DNA of 64,000 nt from Bacteroidota bacterium (GTDB lineage Bacteria; Bacteroidota; Bacteroidia; Palsa-965): positions 1,530 to 65,529 of the forward strand of contig JABDAO010000004.1 in NCBI GenBank assembly GCA_013289095.1. Direction: 5' to 3'. A program made the translations under genes and the position numbers. How positions within the stretch are numbered: position 1 is the first letter of the stretch; the number at the start of each line of letters is the position of its first letter. Shown here piece after piece: positions 28,701-35,664 of the stretch. The notes below the pieces were generated by a model. It was given only the letters and a program-made list of their open reading frames with translations. It made no database searches and was not told where the DNA came from.

Positions 28701-31286
28701 ATACGAATATCCGGCAGTTCCACCGCTTACACTGGTAGAGAGCGTACCATTACACAATCCATTACAGGACACCGAAGTTGGTGTGATCGATACTACGAGT
28801 GGAGGCGGGCTGGTAATCGTTATCACTTGAGTCTTCACACAGCTGTTCGCGTCTGTAACGGTAACGGTATAGTTTCCAGCACATAAATTTGTGAGCGTCT
28901 GGTGCAGGCCGCCTGGTGACCACGAATAGGTGTAAGCTGCAAGCCCCCCGGTGGCATTGGCAGTAGCCGACCCGTCACAGGGAGAGTTACAACTTTGATT
29001 TGTCCCAACAGCCCCTGGCACTAATAACGCCGGCTGGGTGATGACAATTGTTTGTGTCGCGGTACAGGCATTTGCATCTGTTACGGTAAGGGAATATGTG
29101 CCAGGGCAAAGCCCCGTTGCTGTTGCTGTGGTGCCGCCCCCCCCGATTGATCCGGCCGGTGTCCAGGAATAGGTATAAGTGCCGGTGCCACCTGAGACAG
29201 CTGCGGAGGCTCTGCCGTTACAATTCCCATTACAAGTTACCATGGTCGGGGTGATGGTAATACCTATAGAGCTGGGCTCAACAACGGCCACAGAATCAAG
29301 AAAGGTACAACCCTTGGCATCTGTAACATTAACCGTATACTCATTTTTACAGAGGGAGGTCACGGTGGCTGTATTCATCGCACCAGGATTCCAAGAATAG
29401 GTGTATGGAAGGTTCCCCCCCGACAGAGTGGCCGTTGCTTTTCCGGTGCAGATGGCATTGCAGGTAAGATTAACCTTTGTCATGACAGCCGAAATTGCAA
29501 TCGGTTGAGTGATGGTTACCGTGGTCGTGAATGGGCAGTGGTTAGCATCTGTAACGTTCAAGGTATACGTACCTGCACCCAGGGCACTAAGCGTAGGGAC
29601 GGTAATTCCGCTTGGGGGATTCCAGGAATAGGTATACCCTGGGGTTCCACCGCTAACGGCTGCGCTCACAGAGGCATTCGTATTTCCATTGCAATTCAAG
29701 GGGTTGTTTGTGGTGGTATTGACCGAACTCAGTGGAGCAGCCGGTTGTGAAATGGTAGAAGTAAAAATGGCGGTACAACCACCGGCATCTGAAACCGTGC
29801 ATGTATAGGTGGTCGCGCCGGCGCATAACCCTGAAATGGTCGTCGCGTTTGGATTTGCCGGGTTCCAGGAACAGGTATATGGGGAGGTGCCTCCGGTGGG
29901 CGCTACGGTTAACGACCCTGTGCAGGACCCGAAACAGAGCACATTCACAGCGCTTCCATTGGCATTCACAAGCGATGGGGCAGTTAATGTGACCACGTAG
30001 GGTGATGAAAGGGTACATCCGTTTCCATCGGTGATGTTACAGGTATAAGATGCAGCACAAAGCGAGGTTAAATTTGGTGTGTTTTGGCCTTGTGCGTTGG
30101 TGACAATGCCAATGGATGATGTCCAGGAATAGGTATAGGCCCCACTTCCTCCCGTAGCAACCAATGATGCCGTTCCATCACAACTGCCGTTACAAACCGG
30201 ATTTGTTTCTCCGGTCGAAATCGCACTCATCGCAGGAGGGGCAGTCAGGTTGATATTGCAAAAACAAGTCTTTGCAGGTGTTTCAGAATCGGTTACTTTG
30301 ATCGAATAATTACTGGTTCCAATGCAAACGTTTGAACAGGAGGCTGTCGTGCAAGAAATATCAGCTGAGGGAAACCAGGAATACGTAAAGGGCGCTGTTC
30401 CTCCGGCTATCGAAGCATTAAGCGTTGCATCACAAGAACCTCCACAGGTTTCGGGTGTATCGGTCAGCGTAATTGTAAATGCGGCACAGCTGGTGCCGGC
30501 AGGTACACAGCCCGACGGAGCCCCCTGAACACGATGGAAACGGGAATTTCCGTTTTGGTAATTCTGGTACATCTGAGCATCCCGTAATAAAAGAACTGCC
30601 GTTGATGCATGAAGTTCAAAGTTTTGGTTTTCGTTTATGTACCAGGTATGCCAGACAACCACGGTGGAACTGCCCAAGTCAAATGTACATTTACCGTTAG
30701 GACGGTGTATTACGTTTCCAAAACAGAGATTCTTGTCGTTCGTGACGAGGGTTCCTCGTTTAAAGACCAGTGTGGAATTCCAGTTTGTGTTAATGTCGTT
30801 TTTTAAGCTCCAGATACCGGTTCCGTCAAGGATCAGCTCGCTGCCCTCAAACCGACTACCCCCAAAATCAATCACTTCATTGTCGGAAGCGCCCAAATAA
30901 ATGTTTCCGGAATAAGAAAAGTCGATATTGCTTTGTGCCGGAAGCATAAACGACCCATAAACGGAAAGCACGGGCGAGTTGCCTTGTGACCTAAACTGAG
31001 GATAGTTGGTCGTCGCGGTCCATAAAAAACTGGAACAAGTCGCAGAGTCGCTGATCGTTACTGCCTGATTCGGACCGGAGAACGAACTCTGGTCAAAATG
31101 TACATTGTCAACCAATCCTGGAATGGGGGCGCCGCCAACTCCCCCGCTTTGTAGCGACCAATGGGAGGCGTCAGACCACTGACCGGTTCCACCTACCCAA
31201 TACTTATCGGTTCCGCTTGAAAAGGCTGAGAGTGAGGTAATAAGAATAAGGGAAAGAAGTATCGTTCTTTTCAAACTGGTGATCAT
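22731..31286 (-). CDS. giant cell-surface adhesin with ~30 SprB repeats and a T9SS type B (gliding-motility-associated) C-terminal domain
   Basis: 2851-aa ORF with a signal peptide. I count about 30 occurrences of the C-x-G-x-C(D/N)G...GGT-x-PYTYSW module. The C-terminus GITPNGDGVNDLWVIDNI...VFNRWGELLF...GTYYYLV is the CHU_C/type B sorting domain. Confidence 0.95.
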   Translation of the reverse strand: MITSLKRTILLSLILITSLSAFSSGTDKYWVGGTGQWSDASHWSLQSGGVGGAPIPGLVDNVHFDQSSFSGPNQAVTISDSATCSSFLWTATTNYPQFRSQGNSPVLSVYGSFMLPAQSNIDFSYSGNIYLGASDNEVIDFGGSRFEGSELILDGTGIWSLKNDINTNWNSTLVFKRGTLVTNDKNLCFGNVIHRPNGKCTFDLGSSTVVVWHTWYINENQNFELHASTAVLLLRDAQMYQNYQNGNSRFHRVQGAPSGCVPAGTSCAAFTITLTDTPETCGGSCDATLNASIAGGTAPFTYSWFPSADISCTTASCSNVCIGTSNYSIKVTDSETPAKTCFCNINLTAPPAMSAISTGETNPVCNGSCDGTASLVATGGSGAYTYSWTSSIGIVTNAQGQNTPNLTSLCAASYTCNITDGNGCTLSSPYVVTLTAPSLVNANGSAVNVLCFGSCTGSLTVAPTGGTSPYTCSWNPANPNATTISGLCAGATTYTCTVSDAGGCTAIFTSTISQPAAPLSSVNTTTNNPLNCNGNTNASVSAAVSGGTPGYTYSWNPPSGITVPTLSALGAGTYTLNVTDANHCPFTTTVTITQPIAISAVMTKVNLTCNAICTGKATATLSGGNLPYTYSWNPGAMNTATVTSLCKNEYTVNVTDAKGCTFLDSVAVVEPSSIGITITPTMVTCNGNCNGRASAAVSGGTGTYTYSWTPAGSIGGGGTTATATGLCPGTYSLTVTDANACTATQTIVITQPALLVPGAVGTNQSCNSPCDGSATANATGGLAAYTYSWSPGGLHQTLTNLCAGNYTVTVTDANSCVKTQVITITSPPPLVVSITPTSVSCNGLCNGTLSTSVSGGTAGYSYAWVPANPGTPILSNLCNGTYTVTVTDAHNCVATNTSTLTQPNLLAANATSSPTACSGSSTGQVCAAPTGGTTPYTYSWNPSGLNTPCENNLGTGSYVVTVTDANSCSSVQTVIVTTPSVVAPNVGTTAVTCASICDGAALAAPTGGTGAYTYSWTPTASITPAQQGTTHITNLCPGTYTCVVTDANGCNGTQIFTIGQPPVLNAVISGQTTTCGSCQGTATVGITGGTGSYTISWNTVPVQTNPTANTLCVGNYTCSVTDHNGCAVSAVATIVQTVFISISSTSTNVTCHNSCDGSASANASGGLSPYTYSWSPLVPAQLTQNAINLCAGTYTVEATDANGCFNSATVTFANPGKVSPLVTITNPACHGLCTGSASAAVTGGTGAYTYSWTPGGQTSSSIHNLCAGNYTLDVTDSKGCDSIQVITIAQPASIVPNTLTTQPSTCAACDGKITLGPTGGTIPYTYSWTPVEPATSSITGLCTGFYTCTITDNDGCDTVLSVGLSSPTGPTAAILPTPVSCNGGCNGSAAATVSGGTPPYTLSWAPGAITGQGTANASALCQGAYTFEIQDAIGCIKIVSLTIAQPAALTLTPAITQVSCGGANNGKITVGVTGGTGSYTYSWALPLINSTPTVTGLIPGTYTVTVTDQNGCSQQGVYTITQPGSLGVLINATNVSCNGLCNGSATSVVSGGTAPFTYSWSNGPLASNITNLCPGSFTVQVTDQNGCTQSQNCTIIQPAVLKDTIVVTNASCSGICDGTAIVSASGGTSPYTFLWAPGSQSGTTLNGLCAGSYSSTGTDAHGCTVTANATITEPAPVSITLTPVATTCNALCNGSISSAVTGGTLAYSFSWSPGGLTTSGLSALCVGTYTLTVTDAHGCNGSQTSIITQPTALLAGTSGISPSCNASCNGTAAANPVGGTAPYTYSWSNSATTQNLSSLCAGSYTLITTDAHSCRDTQTVVLTNPALISSANAVGNSNCGACNGTISIIPAGGNAPYTFAWTPAGVTGQGTTNISSLCAGLYVVKITDANGCSSTSAPIPLNNTGGPTSDTITTTEPTCFQTCNATANLTVVVGGTPLYTYAWTDSLNNSLGSTASNLTNLCAGGYVLTVTDAHHCIYNQIFHIASPGQLLEHPTVTQSTCTGLCNGSVLANPTGGTGAYTYSWTGGSATALDNNLCAGSYTLLLTDANGCDSSFVNSFVPSTIFQGNMTQLNPPCNNTCAGAATITMSTGTAPYTYQWTDPLGQSDSTATNLCAGTYSVNVLDANGCNIKPAVTLVAPAAITEQSVIVSPACGICNGSATITATGGTGLYTYQWSTGSTTALATSLCAGVYSVSVSDAAGCNYSFNMPLSNINGPGPSAMALTNISCFGTCNGAVTATPSAGTPPYTFSWTPGGQNTNSLSGQCAGQYFLEVSDAHGCIRTDSVSITQPGNYITNQLVVPSTCGLCNGSITLNPSGGTAPYTYSWSGGLPPTASQTALCKGLDSVMITDATGCSHIFVIVINTSNGPVIRNLSTNISCNNLCGGKDTVIVAGGHPAYTYSWTPAPGAGQATSGGTGLCAGSYVVQVTDAIGCANSTGFVITQPQQLSFSSPQVTNILCNATCNGKIVSVPSGGTAPYTYSWSPGINVSGTDSLLCAGSYTLQLKDNHACADSLIVSIIQPSSLAFTSSLVEPPCDNAPGGSITITPLGGTTPYTFNWTGSGAFISASMNLTSRMGGDYALTVTDANGCVQHILDTLKPIISLNANAGPNMPFCIQGSLLLDGSLSTNALSYHWYQMPGFVLVGDTTQKTHVTPPAGATTYELIIGNSGCTDSAVVVVTSNPPPVVSAGPPQTILTNADITIGGSPTCADGVLFHWSPSASVNDSSNSNPTVNPITTTIYTVTVTDANGCKSSDTVVVTVLPEIIFANGITPNGDGVNDLWVIDNIHKFPNNVVEVFNRWGELLFQEKDYQNDFDGTYKGKPLPVGTYYYLVDLHDPLYTTKYSGSITIMR

Positions 31287-31535
31287 TAAAAAATGTGTAT
31301 GAATCGTTATACGGTCTGTATACTAATTAGTTTCAGCTGCAAAAGTTGGTAATAACACCTGTCGATTATCAAGGTCTGAGAGATTGATTTCAACAGTGAT
31401 ATGAACACCCAAAACTAAGGAAAAATTCAGTAACTACGAATTACATAAAGGTTCGGAGTTGAGAATCGTTTTCGGGGTCAATAAAGTGGAGGTCAGAGCG
31501 CTTTGAAGACACCTGATTCCTTCTCCGCAACCCCT

Positions 31536-31699
31536 TTATCCCGCATTATTCATTCGGAATCGGCCTTCCCGCTCAAAAGGCTGACAACACATGCACCCAG
31601 CGGGATAACCCGTCTCCCGATGTCTATCGTGACACATACAAGGCTTAACGCACCTTGCATTAGCCTGTAACACGGCAAATGCAAAATTCCGGTTTATAT
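31536..31699 (+). repeat. core repeat, copy C
   Basis: TTATCCCGCATTATTCATTCGGAATCGGCCTTCCCGCTCAAAAGGCTGACAACACATGCACCCAGCGGGATAACCCGTCTCCCGATGTCTATCGTG...TTGCATTAGCCTGTAACACGGCAAATGCAAAATTCCGGTTTATAT. It lies 250 nt upstream of the adhesin start. Confidence 0.8.
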
Positions 31700-31773
31700 C
31701 TTTCACCAATTCCAATTCCTACGGAATAATACGTTTGTATGATAAGCAGAAATTGGTGTAATGGCTTTGCCGG

Positions 31774-31784
31774 CCCCCCCCCCC
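31774..31784. repeat. C11 homopolymer tract
   Basis: CGG followed by 11 C at 31774-31784. This reads as poly-G in the sense of the adhesin gene, ~490 nt upstream of its start. Confidence 0.9.
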
Positions 31785-32651
31785 TTATTTTTAGGGTGCG
31801 GTCTAAGCTTTTGTGATCTTGCAACCCGATCTGCTGGTTTCTGGCTCACCGGAAGTGAAGTGCAAAGATACTTCTTGCCAATTTTGCGAAACCAGTCGTT
31901 AAACCCATTCTGGCACCACACTCCAAGTAGATGCCCTTAAATCAGGATAGGTATAGTAATAGTTCGGGAGAGTCAAATGCTATATGCACAAGGGATCGTT
32001 TGGGAAATAATATACATTTATATATTGCTTTGTGCCAGTACTTTATGAGTAAAAATAAGTCCATAAATGGTCTGATGATACTATAGAATCGCTAATAAAC
32101 TGGTTTTGAAGGGCATTTTGATTGAAATAATTTTACACCCTAAGTTCATCCCAAAAATCGCACCATGAAGGAGCAATCAGAACATAGAAACCAGGGAGAA
32201 GACCTGTTAAAAGCCGGATCATGGCAGGAACACCTGATTTTCTTTGCACTTCTGGGTGAAGAAAGGAACAAGGAGCCTGAGGACATTTTCTCAGATCCAT
32301 ACAGACCAGAATTCCATCAGTTCAGCATTCCCCGGAAAAACTCTTCGGCAATGCTCTTCATACATCTGACCCCTCAGAAAAATGTACGTCCTAGTTAATC
32401 TTGGGGGCATAAGGTGTTTTGAAAATTTCATTAACTGTTCGGGAAAATAGGGGAGAGGAAATGTGCTGTCTATGCGCCTGGGATACCTGAGTTCATGACT
32501 GCCGAAAAGGTCAGTAAATCTTGCCCGACCAGGAATGGGACGGCTATAATTGTGCAGTTGGATACTAGTTGGTTGCTAGTGTGCTTAGTGTGAGGACCTT
32601 TGTCGTTGCTGGATAGAACACAGCAAGACGGGGTCAGTAGATTAGATGGAG

Positions 32652-32690
32652 CGTCACCTTCACGAGAGTGGGGGTGGCGTTTTTTTGTTT
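32652..32690 (+). terminator. possible rho-independent terminator inside the long non-coding stretch
   Basis: CGTCACC (32652-58) pairs with GGTGGCG (32673-79, one G-U pair) and is followed by T7. No convincing upstream gene. Confidence 0.4.
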
Positions 32691-32956
32691 TTAGTAAAGT
32701 TGAGAAAAGAAATCGGGGCCAGATGATGTTGTGTCTTTTCTTCAGAGTGCCTGCCTTCGGGGAATGCCGCGGTTTAATCTCTTGCGGGTCAATTCCCCTC
32801 AGCTCGCTGAGGAGTCTTCGCCCGTGTGTTTGCCTTTTTTAGATACCTCGCAGCTCTGCTGCGAGGAGGTTCATTTATCTGCCTGGAACATACATACATG
32901 CAGCTGAGTGTGGTCAGGCATCCCATCTCAAAAAAAGTACTTACAAAAATCTGCGC

Positions 32957-33212
32957 TTGCAGTGCATCATCAACCTTGACTATACTGGAGAACATGCCTT
33001 ATCTGAAGAATTTCAGGAGATGACGATCCTGGAGATCGACCACGAATTGGGCCGGGCATTGCAGATGCTTAATTTAACGGAGCTGGATCTGCTCGGTATA
33101 CGGTTCTTCGAAATGCGTTCAGTTCAAGCACCAGGTATTATTCCTGGATTGGCGGGGAAGAGCTGTAAGAATGAAGTGGTATAGGATCCTGGAAAACTCA
33201 GAAATGAATTAA
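32957..33212 (+). pseudogene. possible remnant of a sigma-70/ECF region-4 coding sequence
   Basis: ORF 32957-33184 reads ...RALQMLNLTELDLLGIRFFEMRSVQ. A shifted frame continues VRMKWYRILENSEMN*. Together they resemble the region-4 HTH and C-terminal tail, but no region 2 is recognisable upstream. Confidence 0.25.
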
Positions 33213-33335
33213 TCGAAAGAAACAGGTAGAATCATGGAGACTGTTTAACACACTTTGGCAATGTTTTTTTAAACAAACAACAAGAATGTTGTGCTCAGAT
33301 TGAAGATAAACCCTAATTTTCAACACTGATTTCCG

Positions 33336-34880
33336 ATGGCAAACCATAAGATGAGCAAAAACAGGGAAAATCTTTCGGATGAAGACCTTCGAAAAAAGAT
33401 GAACTACGACCAGTTCATTCAGGAATATAAACCCACTCCTTTTTATAAAAGCAAGAAATTCTATTTAACCCTCGTAGCGCTTGGAGCAATCTTTATAGGG
33501 GGCTATATTCTCCTATATGAAGAATCAGGACCCGGTGCATCCGGCAAGCAGCCTTTGGCCGCTTTTATCCACCCTCCGTTACAAGGAGTTGATGTTCTGG
33601 ATTCTATATATGAAATAGACCCTGCCTCCGATACCGTTATCGGTTATTTGAACGGATCCTCTATTCATATTCCGGCCCAGGCATTTCTTGACAAGCAAGG
33701 GAAGACCGTTAAAGGTATTGTACAGCTCCATTACCGGGAGTTTCACGATGCTGTTGATTTTTTTCTGAGCGGAATTCCAATGACCTATGATTCGGCTGGA
33801 AAAATTTTTTGCTTTAAGTCTGCCGGAATGCTCGACATCAGTGCCTTTCAGTACGAAAATCAAGTGTTCACGAATCCAGCAGCTCCTATTACAGTCAAAC
33901 TTAGTTCTGATGTGACTGAAGGCCGGTTCAATATCTATTATCTGGACACAGCACAGAAAAAATGGGAATATATAAATCAGGATTTTGTCAGGCCGTTGAT
34001 GGGTGATGGTCAGCCGGCCGAAGCCTTCAGCCCCTTTAAAACCCCGATTAAAGCTAGTGGTATTCAACCCAAGTTTGCCATTGTATTCGATAAAAAACAA
34101 TTTCCAGAGCTTGCCACCTACGATGGGGTCAGCTTTGAGGTAACAGCCGACGAAAAATATTATGACCCTAAACTTGCGATGAAGGAATGGGATCAAGTGA
34201 AACTTGCTCGGCATCCGGATGGAATTCACTACCTCGTCACGTTTATGAATCCAGGTGAGGAGCATGTTTTTAAGGTGCAACCCGTTTTTAGTGGAGTTGA
34301 CTATACGAGGGCCATGCTGCTCTACGACGGAAAAATGAAAAACTATGAATCCATGCTCGCAAAAAATAAAGAGATAGCCGATCAAAAGAAACGTAAACTT
34401 GATTCGGCCGATGCATCGCGAAACAAGAAGATGCGCTCCGTCAATTCGGGGATGAAGACAGACATGCGGTTCGATGCAGATAAAGAGACAACGAGCAGCT
34501 TAATATTCCGATTATTTACCATCAGCCGGTTTGGAATTTGGAATTCTGATTGCCCCAAATCTCTTCCGCAGGGAAAAATAATCAGCGCTCGTTTTATGGA
34601 TGCGAAAGCGAATCCACTTGAGTTCGACCATGTATATCTAGTGGAGAAAGGTCGAAAACTGATGTATAGCTACTACCCCGATCAATTCGATAAATTTTCA
34701 TACAATCCTGCCTCGACCAACCTGTTGTGGGCGGTTACAAAAGACGGCAAGCTTGCTGTGTTCGGGCCGGAGGAATTTGAAAAGATAAAAGCAGATAAAG
34801 ACAGTAGCAATTTTACGATGAAGCTGCTCGAACGCAAAATCTCCTCTGTGTTTGAGGTAAAGGTCCTGCTTGGGATTTGA
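33336..34880 (+). CDS. hypothetical single-pass membrane protein
   Basis: 514-aa ORF. It has a basic N-terminus, then a TM helix (FYLTLVALGAIFIGGYILLY), then a large extracytoplasmic region. No recognised domain. Confidence 0.7.
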   Translation: MANHKMSKNRENLSDEDLRKKMNYDQFIQEYKPTPFYKSKKFYLTLVALGAIFIGGYILLYEESGPGASGKQPLAAFIHPPLQGVDVLDSIYEIDPASDTVIGYLNGSSIHIPAQAFLDKQGKTVKGIVQLHYREFHDAVDFFLSGIPMTYDSAGKIFCFKSAGMLDISAFQYENQVFTNPAAPITVKLSSDVTEGRFNIYYLDTAQKKWEYINQDFVRPLMGDGQPAEAFSPFKTPIKASGIQPKFAIVFDKKQFPELATYDGVSFEVTADEKYYDPKLAMKEWDQVKLARHPDGIHYLVTFMNPGEEHVFKVQPVFSGVDYTRAMLLYDGKMKNYESMLAKNKEIADQKKRKLDSADASRNKKMRSVNSGMKTDMRFDADKETTSSLIFRLFTISRFGIWNSDCPKSLPQGKIISARFMDAKANPLEFDHVYLVEKGRKLMYSYYPDQFDKFSYNPASTNLLWAVTKDGKLAVFGPEEFEKIKADKDSSNFTMKLLERKISSVFEVKVLLGI

Positions 34881-34940
34881 CCTTCAACCCCCAGAATCTG
34901 TGTTTGCTTTTGGCGGTTTGGGTGCAATGAACGCCGAAAA

Positions 34941-35025
34941 ACGGGTCAATGCCAAAAAGCTGGGGGGCAGAGATCGAATGACTGCTGCCTGTTGGTCCAG
35001 CCAGTGGATGCAGAGACACGTTTCC
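34941..35025 (-). repeat. conserved segment S, copy D
   Basis: The reverse complement reads GGAAACGTGTCTCTGCATCCACTGGCTGGACCAACAGGCAGCAGTCATTCGATCTCTGCCCCCCAGCTTTTTGGCATTGACCCGT. It matches 17327-17400. Confidence 0.8.
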
Positions 35026-35057
35026 GTTTTTCAGTTTGTCTTCTGAAGGGGTGATTC

Positions 35058-35180
35058 ACTCTTTATACAGCGCTAAACAGTCTTTATCACATTCTATACA
35101 CACTTTATCACATTCTATTCAGTCTTTATACCAAGCATTACAGTTTCCAGACACTTCTATACACCCTTTATCGGCTGCAG
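35058..35180. repeat. tandem array D, 21-nt period, ~6 units (unit CTTTATCACATTCTATACACA)
   Basis: CTTTAT recurs at 35061, 35082, 35103 and 35124 (21-nt spacing). The unit sequence is unrelated to arrays 1 and 2. Confidence 0.75.
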
Positions 35181-35253
35181 GAGCGCTTTCTTCCATTTGA
35201 AGGCTCATCCCGGGAGCCATCGGGTCTTTAAAATGACTAAGAAAGGGTCTAAA

Positions 35254-35436
35254 CCCGCATTATGCATTAGAAGCAGGCATTCGCGCTCAAAAGGCCAGCA
35301 GCACGACGAACCCGCGGGATGGGTTATCCCGCTGCTCCTGATATCTGGCGGCCCTTTCAGAGCATTAGCCATCTTTAACTGAAAAATGCGGGATAAAACA
35401 GGTTACTCCCCTGAAAAGGATTTTGACCCGTCAAAT
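35254..35436 (+). repeat. core repeat copy D (variant, 35254-35385) plus inverted module (35388-35436)
   Basis: CCCGCATTATGCATTAGAAGCAGGCATTCGCGCTCAAAAGGCCAGCAGCACGACGAACCCGCGGGAT is collinear with copy B. The right end GCGGGATAAAACAGGTTACTCCCCTGAAAAGGATTTTGACCCGTCAAAT is the inverse of the module at 16461-16507. Confidence 0.75.
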
Positions 35437-35664
35437 CGGTTCTTAAAATATAATTTCTTTAATGAATATTAGTTGTCAATAACCGACAGTGGAGATCCTG
35501 GTTGTTAAGTCGGTCCAGATATAGGTGGATGGAAGGTAAACGTATATGGCGGGTGATCGAAAGACAGGAAGAAGAAAACAGCCATTCCGTCTAGTTGAAT
35601 GATAATTATTCCGGCATCAAAACGAGTGAGTGGTCAACCGTGTTAATCACGATACGCCCGAGGC

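Noticed and set aside
31703-31921. 72-aa ORF (MWCQNGFNDWFRKIGKKYL...) as a transposase or integrase N-terminal remnant
   Set aside because: I cannot match it to any transposase family from memory. It is short, is interrupted by the poly-G tract, and continues into core copy C. It is mentioned only in the poly-C finding.
33579-34385. 268-aa antisense ORF inside the 514-aa membrane protein gene
   Set aside because: The plus-strand ORF is longer, has a clear TM topology and spans the whole interval, so the antisense ORF is presumed spurious.
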